Assembly (NCBI GenBank): GCA_964016885.1
Contig: OZ024740.1
Span: 60,698,001-60,762,000, forward strand
Length of the DNA stretch: 64,000 nucleotides
Reading direction: 5' to 3'
From: Eledone cirrhosa
Lineage: Eukaryota
Shown here: in pieces, positions 12,518 to 25,704 of the stretch
Numbering within the stretch: position 1 is the first letter of the stretch
Layout: each line of letters starts with the position of its first letter
Notes under the pieces: model-generated
What the model saw: the letters and a program-made list of their open reading frames with translations, nothing else
The model's database searches: none
What the model was told of the DNA's origin: nothing
Program-made: the position numbers and the translations under genes

Positions 12518-13029
12518 TTAAATATTACTAACAATTATCACCCTGTTAAAGTTTGGGGGAAAGAGAACCAGACCCTATTAACTCTTTCATTACCATATTT
12601 CTAATGAAAGACACTGTATCTGATTTTCAAATAATTTTGAATATAATCAAAAAGTTTTAAAATAACTTTCTCATTATTAAGCTGGTGTTTGGAACATAAC
12701 TTAACAGGGGTTCTTAGATAAAATTCTGATGGCAATTTCAGATCATTTGGTATCAAAACAGTTAATTTCTTTTAAGTTGTTTTTGTTTTATTTTTTGGAT
12801 GGGTAGGGGATTTTCTTTGCCTGAACACTTTTCCAGTGACTTTCTTTTATGTTCAGTAGGACAAACTAATTTATCTTCACTACACTGGTCAAATACAACA
12901 CAAATAGAAAATAAAGGATTACAGTGAAAACAAAGCAATGGATTCCATCCATTCCAAGAGAAATTTTCATTAAGAACTTAAAAATATGTTTGTTGAACAT
13001 TACCCACTGGTGTAGAGTTGATGTTTTAC

Positions 13030-13369
13030 AATCATCATCATCATCACCATTTTACGTCCGCTTTTCTCTGCTTGCAAGGGTGGGACAGGAACTGATTCTG
13101 GCTTGATTTCTACAGCTGGATGCCCTTCCTAACACCAACCTCATTTACAGTGAGTGCTGGGTGCTTTTTTTCCGTGGCACCTACACGACCACTTTGCAGT
13201 GGAATGATATGGACCCCGGTCCCTATCACCTCATTACTACAGCTGAGTAAACTGGAGCAATGTGAAATAAAGTGTCTTGCTCAAGGAAACAACACATCAC
13301 CCGGTCTGAGAATTGAACTCACAACCTTTCGATTGCAAGGCCAATGCTCTAACCACTAAGCCATGTGCC
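13030..13369 (-). mobile_element. SINE family 1
   Basis: Reverse complement of 4073-4413. Confidence 0.85.
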
Positions 13370-13827
13370 AACATTTCTTCCTAAGGCTTGAATAATAAAA
13401 TAATTGAATTAGACTAAATTCACTTTAGAAAGAAGATTTCTTTGTTGTGGTTCCAGCATGTTGACACTTCACAGAAAGATAAATTAATTTTTAAATAGTT
13501 TGAAACAAAACTAGTGTTGGCAATTCTGCCAGACTGTAATTGTATCACAAAACAATTGTATTAGTTTGTATATAACACAAGCATGGCTGTGTAGTTAAGA
13601 TCACTTTGCAACCACATTGTTTCTGGTTCTATCACACACTACAGGGCAACTTGAACAACTAACACTTTTTCTTTTGAAAGTAAAATTTATATCTACCCCA
13701 CTGTTAATCTGTACTAATAATTACATATATATATATATATATATATACGTTATTCCGGGTTGAATCGGAGGTAACCACAGTAAGTAAGGTACTCAATACA
13801 TAGCAGAGTATAAAAGTTTTAATATAG

Positions 13828-13884
13828 ATGAGATTCTACAGGACTAGAACTGTTTCATTCTTTAGAAATCATCAGGAATCTCAT
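13828..13884 (-). ncRNA. Type I hammerhead ribozyme motif
   Basis: Minus strand: atgagattc CTGATGA tttctaaagaat GAAA cag ttctagtc ctg TA gaatctcat. Perfect 9-bp stem I, closed stem III, GUA site. Confidence 0.85.
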
Positions 13885-14056
13885 ATCATCATCATCATCA
13901 TCATCGTTTAACGTCCATGTTCCACGCTCGCATGGGTTTGGACGGGAGTTTTCCCACTTGAGGCACGAGTGGTTGTCTTGCTCACATAGGACTGTCTGGC
14001 GGGTTTTCTACAGCTGGATGCCCTTCCTAACACCAACCACATTTACAGTGTGGGGC
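13885..14056 (-). mobile_element. RTE-A 3'UTR fragment
   Basis: (CAT)n tail plus a 3'UTR match to 540-700. Confidence 0.85.
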
Positions 14057-14130
14057 ATTATATATATATATAAGTGTTGAAGTTACCGTGGAAAAAGTAA
14101 AAGGAATGGAGAGTGCTCTATTGCTCGTAC

Positions 14131-14202
14131 TGCCTTATCTGACGAACGAATGCGGACGTCTCTTGTGTTCGTCCTGTTCGGGAAACCTCGGGTAATGAGG
14201 TA
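14131..14202 (+). ncRNA. Type I hammerhead ribozyme motif in a ~160 bp segment bounded by (TA)n on both sides
   Basis: tgccttat CTGACGA acgaa..ggacg..cgtcc..ttcgg GAAA cc tcg gg TA atgaggta. 8-bp stem I with GU pairs; extended stem II. Confidence 0.8.
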
Positions 14203-14231
14203 ATTATACTGTGTTGTTTATTATACATTAA

Positions 14232-14258
<27 letters not shown>

Positions 14259-14264
<6 letters not shown>

Positions 14265-14737
14265 CATCATCGTTTAATGTCCATGCTAGAATGGGTTGGA
14301 CGGTTTTGTCCCAATTGAGCCAAGATTGGTCGAGTGACCGTGTGTCTCACTCGTACAGAACTGTCTCTGGCAGGTTTTCTACAGTTGGAAGCTCTTCCTA
14401 ACACCAACCATATTTACAGTATGGACTGGGAGCCTTTTACCGTGTTTCCTACACGACCACTTTACAGTGTAGACTGGGTGATTTTTGTTGTGTCACCTAC
14501 ACGACCACTTTACAGTGGATGGAAATGGGAGGATAGAGTAGGTGTGTGGGGTGGGGTGTACATTGGGTTAAAAGGTGCCTACTGACTGTAGGTTTAAGTT
14601 TGTATACAAGGGAAGGCGCTAAAGATCTCAATCCAGTGACATTGTCTTAGAGAGGTGTAAGTGAGCAAGGTCAGTTTTTATCACCTCGTCCCAGGTTTTT
14701 GTTGGTCCACCCACTCCATAGCTTCCATCAATTTTGA
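14259..14737 (-). mobile_element. RTE-A-related 3' fragment (diverged)
   Basis: Tail, 3'UTR, and a GRPTKTWDEVIKTDL-like C-terminus on the minus strand. Confidence 0.8.
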
Positions 14738-15053
14738 TATAGAGTGAAAAAAAGTGTGGACGTTAGAAAATGTTCTATCCAGATCACATCATATAAAGAA
14801 AATGATAATTTTTAAAAAAGGGTTCGCAAAGCGCGCTTGGTATATATATAAAAAGGATCTTTATAATATACAAAAAAATTGATGTGAGCAAAGCTTGCTT
14901 TCTACGTTCTAGATCATCAAAACATTTCTTATTAGATTAAATTGTCCTTTTGTTAAAACTCCTGCATGCTGGTTTTCAATTGCATGGTTTGGGTCGTTTC
15001 TATCCTTGCTAAAGTAAGGGATACAACTTATTTTTTTTGTTGTGTCTTGTGTG

Positions 15054-15104
<51 letters not shown>

Positions 15105-15219
15105 CAGATGTGATGTTTTCATTGCTGATGGATGGACATTGGTAATGAAAACACCATATCTGTCCATTTCCTTGTCTTTCAATTGGATTACCTTGAAAAC
15201 ATAACCTTATTACATAAGA

Positions 15220-15275
15220 TGTGGTCTGATGATGTAGCGTGACGAGTTATGCGATTGAAGCATCATGTAGCCATA
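15220..15275 (+). ncRNA. Degenerate hammerhead motif (GAAA changed to GAAG)
   Basis: tgtggt CTGATGA tgtagc..gttatgc..GAAG cat c atg TA gccata, downstream of (TA)n and a 60-nt hairpin (15103-15165). Confidence 0.5.
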
Positions 15276-15502
15276 ATTGCCATTGAAATATGTATCACTG
15301 ATTTATTAATTAAATATCTGCACTGAACTTTGCATATTCTACATATAATCCGTCACAGACTGACAAATTATATTTGGAAGAAAACATGATGTTGAGTGCT
15401 TAAATGGAATTATATCATTATTCACTGATTGGTGTGTTGCATACACAAACCTGTTTAGTCAACATGTTTATGTATATGTGTGTGTGTGAGTATCTATCTA
15501 TG

Positions 15503-15554
<52 letters not shown>

Positions 15555-15607
15555 CACATACATACATACATATATGTGTATGTGTATCTATATATATATA
15601 TATACAT

Positions 15608-15650
<43 letters not shown>

Positions 15651-15654
<4 letters not shown>

Positions 15655-16512
15655 AATATGTTACACAAATAGAAGTGTGTTACACAGTGAGATGTGTGTA
15701 AAGAATTATTACAAGTGATTTTTACCGTTACTGTATAGAAAACAATATCTACAGGTTTAGCAATTAAATAGAAAAAAACCTAAGTCAGAATCAAATCTCT
15801 GAAGTAGAGTTTTAAATTACTAACCTTAAGACTTGCTGATACGAATTAAGTTTGTTTCCCCCACAGAAATGTGCAGTTTAACAGAGAAAGCTAATATACA
15901 CGCTGCCCTGGGTAGGGAAAAATCACGTGTTATTTGCATCAAATAACGGCTCTCATGGATTGGGGAAAATGCTAGAGAGAGCAGCCCAACCATTCAAATT
16001 TATTAGCTCAACAATTTGGAGCTCGTTAAGTGTACTAGGATCGGAATTAAGAGTATTCCGCAGTTCACAGTAATAATAATAATATTAGCTCAAAGAAGAA
16101 TAAAGAATTTTCTTCTGAGCTCAGATACAAATATATTATACAAATATTTGCTTTCTCTCTATCCATGAGGTTAGATGTGTAGTAATCAGAATCCACATTT
16201 GCTGACTGATGAACCTGTGGCTGTTAAACTGCACATTTCTGTGGGGAAACGAACTTAATTCGTATCAGCAAACTTATAGTTATAAGGTTTGCAATTTAAA
16301 ACTCTACTTCAGAGATTTGATTCTGACTTAGATTTTTTTCTATTTAATTGCTAAACCTGTAGATATTGTTTTCTATACAGTAATGGTAAAAATCACTTGT
16401 AATAATTCTTTACACACATCTCACTGTGTAACACACTTCTATTTGTGTAATATATTTGTATCTGAGCTCAGAAGAAAATTTTCTATTCTTCTTTGAGCTA
16501 ATATTATTATTA
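15651..16512. repeat. Fold-back element between (TA)n tracts; arms 15651-15884 and 16221-16460; 16071-16146 is also inverted to 16440-16512
   Basis: ~235 bp near-perfect reverse-complement arms. Confidence 0.93.
16198..16272 (+). ncRNA. Type I hammerhead ribozyme motif
   Basis: tttgctga CTGATGA acctgtgg...ctgtggg GAAA cgaa cttaa ttcg TA tcagcaaa. Perfect 8-bp stem I and 5-bp stem III. Confidence 0.88.
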
Positions 16513-16649
16513 TATATATATATATATAAATATATATATATACATACATACACAAGTATATATATATATATATATGCATACATATCCACATACATATTGC
16601 ATATGCATCCACACACATCACACATACATATATATATATATATACATAT

Positions 16650-17026
16650 GTCATGACAAAAAAAACACACAGTCCACGCTGTAATGTGGCCGTGTAGGTA
16701 ACACGGTAAAAACCTCCCAGTACACACTGTAAACGTGGTTGGTGTTGGGAAGGGCACCCAGCCGTAGAAAACCCGCCACACGTGTAGGTGTCATGACAAA
16801 AAAACACACAGTCCACGCTGTAATGTGGCCGTGTAGGTAACATGGTAAAAACCTCCCAGTCCACACTGTAAACGTGGTTGATGTTAGGAAGGGCATCCAG
16901 CCGTAGAAAACCCGCCAGACAGTCCTATACGAGCAGGACAACCAATCTTGCCTCAAGTGGGAAAACTCCTGTCCAAACCCATGCAAGCGTGGAAGATGGA
17001 CGTTAAACGATGATGATGATGATGAT
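16650..17026 (+). mobile_element. RTE-A 3'UTR fragment with internal module duplication
   Basis: 16650-16780 is repeated at 16789-16917; (GAT)n tail. Confidence 0.85.
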
Positions 17027-17667
17027 ATATATAAATGATGAATATATATATTTATACACAACACATCACATAACATAAGAAATGTGGAAAAGGTGAAAAA
17101 TATATATGGTTTCCCTACTATAATCCTTGAGATAAGGAAACAACAGTGTAATTTTGAAAAATATTGTTTTAAATATATTATCAGTTATAAAATAATTGAG
17201 TTTTGATTATTATTATGTTTATTAAGAATCTTTCACTCTCTCTAACAATGCAAACATTTATATATCTGTATGCACTGTACACAATATTATAAATTCTTAT
17301 TATTTCTTCCCTTTCCAAGCCCTTAACTCTTTATGATGTCCTAATCATATGGTATGTCTTGGACATTTCAAATATGGCTGAATCCAGCCGTTTCCAGATT
17401 TGAGTATATCCAATTAATTCAAGACAGAAGAATAAAATACAGTATTTATCAAACTTAATAGGATGAAAGGCAAAATTCAATTCAGTTGGATTTTAATTCA
17501 GAGCCTAAAGAGCCAGATCAAATCCTGCAAGGGTCTATGCCAATTCACAACCTTATTGCAGCAGTATTTGTTTGATTCTTTATGTTTTGAGTTCAAATTC
17601 CATCAAGATTAACTTTGCCTTTTCTCCTTCTGGGGTCAGTAAAATCAAGTACCTCTTTGCCTCAAAA

Positions 17668-18104
17668 TTGGTGTCATGACTAAAGCACCAAACCTACACT
17701 GTAAAGTGATCGTGTTGGTGTCATGACTAAAGCACCAAACCTACACTGTAAAGTGGTTGTGTTGGTGTCATGACTAAAGCACCCAACCCACACTGTAAAG
17801 TGGTCATGTTGGTGTCATAACTAAAGCGCCCAACCCATACTGTAAAGTGCTCATGCTGGTGACACAACAAAAAATGCCCAGCCGACACTGTAAAGTTGTC
17901 GTGTAAGTGTCACAATAAAAGGCACCCAGCACACACTGTAAATCCCATTGGCGTTAGGAAGGGCATCCAGCTGTAGAAACCAAGCCAAAATCAGTTCTGT
18001 GTGAGCAAAACACGGTCCTTCAACCTGGATCTCTCCCAATTGGACAGCTCGTCCCACCCCTCAAGCATGGAAAATGGACGTTAAACAATGATGATGATGG
18101 TGAT
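17668..18104 (+). repeat. ~47-bp tandem repeats of an RTE 3'UTR module, ending in an RTE-type terminus
   Basis: Unit ggtgtcatgactaaagcaccaaacctacactgtaaagtg(a/g)tcgtgtt, 4-6 copies; ends ggacgttaaacaa(tga)n. Confidence 0.8.
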
Positions 18105-18527
18105 ACAGTAAGTGCTAAATAGAGCCCCAGAGTGATTACTAAAGCTAGTAAAAGACTATAAGAATGTGGTACAAAAGCACCAATTCAGCTGTAAATAATC
18201 ATCTCATAAATGTGACACGCCTCTCTTGTCTGACCAAACGTATTGTTACCCTTTATGTTACACAATATGTTCATGTGATAAAACAATGTTCTTGTGATAT
18301 TAATCTGTCAAATCTCCATAAAAATACACCTCCCACCGTCTTTAAAATAGAAGCCAGATGTTTCAAGGTTTAGATCTTGTCTGTATGCCCATAAAAACAA
18401 AATAATGTAACAATTATCTCTTGAGTTTTAATAAAACATAGACATGAATTCATTTATTCCCTTAAGAGTTTTAGTCAATAGACTATAGCCATTCTTGGGA
18501 ACCATCTTCAAGAGTTTTAGTTACCAA

Positions 18528-18866
18528 CTAGACCACCTGTGACCCGTTGGGTCACGTTCAATTAAAAATAATTTTTAAATAATTAAAATATACACAGACA
18601 TGTATATAATGTGAAATGAAACTGGAAGGTATATATGTGTGTGTATGTATATGTATAAATGTGTGTGTGTGTATATAAATACATATATATATATATAAAT
18701 ATGTATGTGAGTGTGTGAGTATATATATGTATGTGAGTGTATGTGAGTGTGTGTGTATATATATATATGTATGTATGTGTGTGTGTATATATATATGTGG
18801 GTGCCTGTGATCTATATGCACTGGTCATAGACACACACACATATACACACACTCATATATACACAC

Positions 18867-18902
<36 letters not shown>

Positions 18903-18903
18903 T

Positions 18904-18938
<35 letters not shown>

Positions 18939-19759
18939 GAACAGCAATGTTGCATGGCAGTGAGACCTGGGCATTGTGTGCAGAGGATATATGTAGACTA
19001 GAGAGGAACGAAGCTTGCATGCTCCACTGGATGTGTAATAGTAATATACGTGAATGGCAAAGCATAAACGAACTAAGGAAAAAATTAGAAATAAGAGGGA
19101 TCAGATGTTGTTTACTCGAGAGAAGGCTACGTTGGTATGGTCACGTGATGCGCATGAAAGACGACAGCTGTATAACAAAGTGCAGGGCAATAAAGATAGA
19201 CGGTAGCCACGGAGTAGGTAGACCCAGAAAAACCTGGGACGACCTGATAAATTCCGACCTCACACACTTACACCTCTCCAAGACAATGTCACTGGACCGA
19301 GATCTTTGGCGGTACTCAGTAATAGAGAAGACCCGCCTTACCTAAATACAAAGTAAAACCTACTACAGTCAGTAGGCATCTCTAACAAAATACACCCCCG
19401 TCCCACCACCCCCACCCCATCCACACCGCCCCTCTCAATGTAAAGTTATGTTGGTGCCACAACATCCAGGCCGAAACAAATGAGATCGTATAGGTGTCAC
19501 GACAAAAAAAAAACATACAGTCCACGCTGTAATGTGGCCGTGTAGACAACATGGTAAAAACCTCCCAGCCCCACACTGTAAATGTGGTTGGTGTTAGGAA
19601 GGGCATCCAGCTGTAGAAAACCCGCCAGACAGTCCTATGCGAGCAAGAACCACTCTTGCCTCAAGTGGGAAAACTCCCGTCCAAACCCATGCAAGCGTGG
19701 AACATGGACGTTAAACGATGATGATGATGATGATGATGATACACACATATATATATACT

Positions 19760-19791
<32 letters not shown>

Positions 19792-20100
19792 CACAACAAC
19801 ACCACCAGCTCTCTTCCATTCTCCTTCTCTGTCCCCTTTCCCCTCTCTCTACGTATCACTTTAAATCTTCTCTGTCATAACTACTATCTCTTCCCCTCTA
19901 TCTTTCTCTCTCTTTGTTTATGAAGGTACCCGGAAAAAGCCCATACCTCAAGAACCTGTGCTCCGATTTACGTGAAGCTTATTTTATTCCATTTGTATTC
20001 CCATTTCAGGGGCAAAGTATTTTCCCATTATACACCCTTTTGGCTGTATTATAGTACAGACAAGCAAGCAAGCAATCACAGATTTTTAGTAATATATAGA
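18528..20100 (-). mobile_element. Non-autonomous Helitron carrying microsatellites and a nested RTE
   Basis: The minus strand starts TCtatatattactaaaa and ends with hairpin gtgaccc-aac-gggtcac, 7 nt, then CTAG. It sits between A and T with no TSD. Confidence 0.7.
18936..19740 (+). mobile_element. RTE-A 5'-truncated copy
   Basis: RTAMLHGSETWAL...RLRWYGHVMRM...EKTRLT*, then 3'UTR and (GAT)n. Confidence 0.93.
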
Positions 20101-20396
20101 TAGATAATGATCCCAGTACTTTGTCTGGTACTTCATCATCACCATCATCATCATCATTTAACGTCCATTTTCCACGCTAGCATGGGTTAGTTATTTTATG
20201 AAATGTGAAGAAGCAAAGATATTTTCTCCTATGCCCACCTGGTGATATTCATTAAACAACTTCTAACTTAGCATCATCATGTCAAGTAAGAGCTTCTGAG
20301 TGAAATTTGGTAGGCAGAAACTATGTGAGGGCCTACAAGCTAAATGCTGGGTCCTCATATTGAAAAATTTGGAAGTTGCTTGATTAAATATCTATT

Positions 20397-20477
20397 GCTA
20401 TCTGATGAACTCAGGCTGATAGGTGGGTAGGAATCACACCACCTAATAGTCGACCCCAGGGAAATATATATAATGGC
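20397..20477 (+). ncRNA. Type I hammerhead motif with long stem II
   Basis: gctat CTGATGA a...ggtgg..ccacc...gg GAAA tatata TA atggc. Palindromic AU-rich stem III. Confidence 0.6.
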
Positions 20478-21401
20478 TAAATAAATAAACTTATAAACTT
20501 ATACACATGGCCTTCACTATGTTTACTGTTCTGTAAACTTTGGCTTGTGCTACCAAAACAAACATGGATTTATCATGTCATTGAGCACATTATTTCATTT
20601 GCATCACAATTGACCAACTGGTGTGTGAATTTGCACAACACTAGTCATATATTTCATTTATATTATATTAATAAGTGGAAGTTACTTGCAATACAAGTTT
20701 CACCCAGTAGATAATCATAACTGCAAGGTGTTTCTGCAGTGGGATCAAACCTGGAACCATGTGGTTGCAAAGCAAACTTCCTAACCACATGGCCATAACT
20801 GCACCTATGGACATATAGGTATGTTTCGATGTAACACCATAAAAAAACTGTTCACTTCTGTGTTCTAGTCTTCATTCAAACATTAGTTTTGTACATCGAG
20901 AAATCAATGAAATCAATTTACTCTTCAACTAATTAGAGCAGATACTGTGATCTTATGTTATTGGGAAACATTTTTAACACATTACTTGCTTATAGTTTGA
21001 TTTGCCCCAAGTTCTTGTTTGTATACTTCAGAGAACTTACACTTCATTTAGTACCTGTGTTATTTACACACTCTATAATTACATGTTGTCCCTTTACTTT
21101 TCCTGATATTTATTTTTTCATGTTGAAAATCAGATATTTATTAATAGCACCTCATCAAAGTATTTATGAGAAAATATCTTATCTTATCTAAACCCAACAA
21201 CTCTTCTTATTGGAAAATATATGCAAGTAAGAAATACACTCAACAAGCCACTGAAGGAGCCTCTACATGATCACTTCAACAGCTAAAAATAGTAGAAAAA
21301 TATCCTAAAAATATCATAATAAACCATCTTATTAACTCTTAACATCCTGAAATAATTCTCTAGAAAATATTTAACATGGGTTTGTTAATTTAAATGTTTA
21401 A

Positions 21402-21621
21402 CCCATTAGCATTTACATTACTGTATATTTACTATTGTATTTTTACGGTAACAGCTTTACCTCACATAATTATCTCACATAATATCGAATCTATGAGATT
21501 CTGTTATTATTTATTTTGAGACAATACCTTAAAATCAGTATGAGCGGCCAGTTACAACTGGTTGGAACAGAAAGAGGTGAGAGAATTCTGGCCGGATACA
21601 GCCGGTCTAAATGCTAAAGAG
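21402..21621 (+). mobile_element. TTAA-flanked MITE (piggyBac-type)
   Basis: ttaa-cccattagcattta...taaatgctaaagag; internal match to 12310-12517. Confidence 0.75.
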
Positions 21622-22040
21622 CTAAAGTACATTTACTAGTGGACCAACTGTTGCTAAAATTGGTAGTAAACTAAAGTAATGACTTTAGTTTTTAATGTAA
21701 TCAGCCATAGTGCTGTTTTACACTTTTCAACCATGTTTTGCTAATGTGGTTTCATGCAATACTCGACATTAAAAGTTAATAGTAAATCATACATTGGACA
21801 ATGTAGTCATTGATATAGAAAAAGATATGGTGGTCACAGTTGAAATATATTTTCATTATGTGTCTGTTAAGTTAGAGCTGATCTGAGCCTTGGAAAGAAC
21901 AACACAACATAGATTCCATTAGCAGCTACATTTTCAATTTTAATTTACCCGATTTTACTAAGCTATTTATAGTAACCAACTATATTACAGTTATTTTCTG
22001 CATCTGACCCTTCTATCAACTTCATAAATACACACATATA

Positions 22041-22081
<41 letters not shown>

Positions 22082-22227
22082 TAAGTCAGTCCCCAACTTA
22101 CAAATGGGTTATGTTCCAAGAGATGGTTCGTTAATTGATTTGATTGTAAGTTGATCATCTAACACAGTATGTACCAGTAAGCCCATATATGTTACATTGT
22201 TATATATATACCTCTATATACTGTGTA

Positions 22228-23666
22228 GAAGCCATGTATAGGGGAGCAGTCAGCAAAGTTAGGATTAGCAATGAGTATAGCGAGGAATTTAGTGTACAGG
22301 TTGGTGTCCACCAGGGCTCTGTTCTTAGCCCTCTCCTGTTCATCATAGTCCTGCAGGCAATAATGGAGGAGTTTAAGACCGGATGCCCATGGGAACTCCT
22401 GTATGCTAATGACCTCACACTTATAGCTGATTCTAAGGTAGAACTAGAGAAGAAATTCCAAACTTGGAAGCAGGGACTAGAAAGAAAGGGTCTCAAAGTC
22501 AACATGACAAAGACTAAGGTCCTTGTAAGTAGACGAGAAAACAGAACCCAGATCCCCTCAGGGAAATGGCCTGGCTCAGTATGTAGGAAAGGTGTAGGTA
22601 GGAACTCCATTCTCTGCCCCAAATGCAAACAATGGGTACACAAGAGATGTAGCGGGATCTCAGGAAGCTTAATTAAGAATGTAGGTTTCACATGTAGCAG
22701 CTGTGCTGGAGCAGCAAACAGCCACAGGAAACAAGTACCACCAATCTCTGGGAGGGCTCTGTAGAAACAGTAGACAGCTTCTGCTACCTAGGTGACCGAA
22801 TTAACAGCGGAGGTGGTTGTTCAGAAAGTACAATAACTAGGGTAAGAACGGGATGGAAGAAGTTCAGGGAACTACTGCCACTGCTAGCTGCAAAAGGTTT
22901 CTCCCTCAAAATGAAAGGCAGACTGTATGATGCGTGTATACGAACAGCAATGTTACATGGTAGTGAGACCTGGGCGCTGAAGGTGGAAGACTTATGTAGA
23001 TTAGAGAGAAACGAAGCCTGCATGCTCCGATGGATGTGTAATAGTAAAATACGCGAGCAACAAAGCATAAATGAATTGAGAGAGAGACTGAGCATAAGAG
23101 GAATCAAATGCTGTGTGCAGGAGAGGCGGTTGCGTTGGTATGGACATGTGATGCCTATGAAGGATGACAGCTGCATAAAAAGGTGCAGAGCACTAGAAGT
23201 TGATGGAAACCGCGGAGTGGGGAGACCCAAGATGACCTGGGATGAGGTGATAAAAGCCGACCTTACACAATTACACCTCTCAAAGGCGATGACACACGAC
23301 CGTGACCTCTGGCGTCACGCAGTAATACAGAGTACCCGACCTCCCATGGGTACCAAGCTGAAGCATATAGACAATATGCCCCCACACCCTCCCACTGTAA
23401 AGTGGTCGTAGAGGTGCCACGGCAAAAAAGCACCCAGCCCACACTGTAAAGTGGATGTCTAGGCACCACGGAAAAGCACCCAGCACTCACTGTAAATGAG
23501 GTTGGTGTTAGGAACGGCATCCAGCTGTAGAAATCAAGCCAAATCAGTTCCTGTATGAGCAAGGCATGGTCAGCCAACCAGACACTGTCCACAACAGGAC
23601 AACCCGTCTAACCCATGCTAGTGTGGAAGAACGGACGTAAAACGGTGATGGTGATGATGATGATGA
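22228..23666 (+). mobile_element. RTE-B 5'-truncated copy with one frameshift
   Basis: ORFs 22189..22764 and 22911..23411 are near-identical to 1006..2166; YADD is mutated to YAND; (GAT)n tail. Confidence 0.95.
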
Positions 23667-23844
23667 TATATATATATATATATATACATATTCTTAAAAT
23701 ATATTACTCACACACTCTCTCTATTGATTCTATTACGTTTTCTCATGTTCTCAATATTAGGGTATAAATATTGAGTTTTCTCATAAGTTAATCACTACCT
23801 TGATTAAATCTTAACCATCTACCATTCAGGGTTTGTCATGTATC

Positions 23845-23914
23845 ATTTTATTTTATCTGATGAGGACGTACTGTTGAACTTAATTCAGTACCTCTGAAAT
23901 ATGTATAATAAAAT
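23845..23914 (+). ncRNA. Hammerhead motif (slightly decayed) in a (TA)n-bounded segment 23690-23965
   Basis: attttattttat CTGATGA ggacgtactg..cagtacctct GAAA tatg TA taataaaat. Stem I register is imperfect. Confidence 0.65.
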
Positions 23915-23959
23915 TTAATTGATCACAAGAATATCTATATTTGTTAATATTTGAATTAA

Positions 23960-24290
<331 letters not shown>

Positions 24291-25200
24291 ATCATCTTCG
24301 TTTAACGTCCATTTTCCACGCTAGCATGGGTTAGATATGTATATATATATATACAGTATATATACAGTATATAGAGGTTTATGTATATATATATATATAA
24401 CACCAACCACGTTTCCCAGTCCACACTGTAAACGTGGTTGGTGTTAGGAAGGGCATCCAGCCATAGAAAACCCACCAGACAGTCCTATACGAGCAAGGCA
24501 ACCAATCTTGCCTCAAGTGGGAAAATTCCCGTCCAAACCCATGCTAGCGTGGAAGATGGACGTTAAATGATGATGATGATATACACGGTATATAGAGGTA
24601 TATATATATATATATATATATATAGAGGTATATATAACTTGTAATAATGAATTTAAATACTGTAAAGCTAATGACAATAAATTGTTAAAGAAAAAAGTAC
24701 TTTTTGAATTCTGCAAAAGCAGAATTGTATCCCATACCATTGTGAAAGGTAAATTGTTATGGAAATCAGATGATAAAATAAAATCGAGATGATAGCAACA
24801 CAACCACTTGTCTTTTGGGCGCAGGTAAACACTCTGATAAATTTTTTTTTTCTACATGAGACTGTTCATATCTGTGGAAGTTCATAAGTAGGATGTTCGT
24901 AAGATGGGGAGTTGCTGTATGTATGTATATATATATATATGTATATATTATAATAATAATAAAATGTGGAGAAGGAGCACACGAGTTGGAATATATATAT
25001 ATATGTACACGTACATACATATATGTATACAGACGTACAGTAGTATGTATATATATATACATACATGCACACATATATATATGTACGTATGGATTCACTG
25101 AACATTTATTATAATGCTCGGTGTGTTTGTAAACAAACATCCCGTATTAAGCCGTAGTGTCCAGCAACCATTGTTGCTCGTTTGTTCAACAGACAAAGGA

Positions 25201-25243
25201 ACGCTGTACTAGTTTCAAGCTTATTAGCTATCGTCAGCAACAT
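25201..25243 (-). ncRNA. Minimal hammerhead motif (left arm)
   Basis: Minus strand: atgttg CTGACGA tagctaataagctt GAAA ctag TA cagcgt. Stem III is the palindrome ACTAGT. Confidence 0.8.
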
Positions 25244-25369
25244 ATACCTTCCTGCCAGATTGTTGAACGTATATACTTACCTTATGCATATTAACAGCTG
25301 AGAAGCCCAATTTGCATATCGAGTGGGTTAATCGGCCGGGTGCACTGAAAACGATAAATGGAAAGGTAT

Positions 25370-25412
25370 ACGTTGCTGACGATAGCTAATAAGCTTGAAA
25401 GTAGTACAGCGT
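25370..25412 (+). ncRNA. Minimal hammerhead motif (right arm)
   Basis: acgttg CTGACGA tagctaataagctt GAAA gtag TA cagcgt. One stem III substitution relative to the left arm. Confidence 0.75.
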
Positions 25413-25704
25413 TCCTTTGTCAGTGTTGAACAAACGAGCAACGATGGTTGCTGGACACTACGGCTTTATACAGGATGTTTGTTTACAAACACACCGAGCA
25501 TTATAATAAATGTTCAGTGAATCCATACGTACATATATATATGTGTGCATGTATGTATATATATATACATACTACTGTACGTCTGTATACATATGTGTAT
25601 GTACGTGTACATACTTATATTTAAGTAACAGCCGTACTAAGAGTGGGAAATGAAATTTCGTTTCATTTTTTCCGTTTATATATATATATATATGAAAGCA
25701 CGAT

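Larger units (their letters stand above)
25002..25613. repeat. Fold-back element, arms ~25002-25252 and ~25360-25613
   Basis: ~250 bp reverse-complement arms with a 107-nt spacer. Confidence 0.93.
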
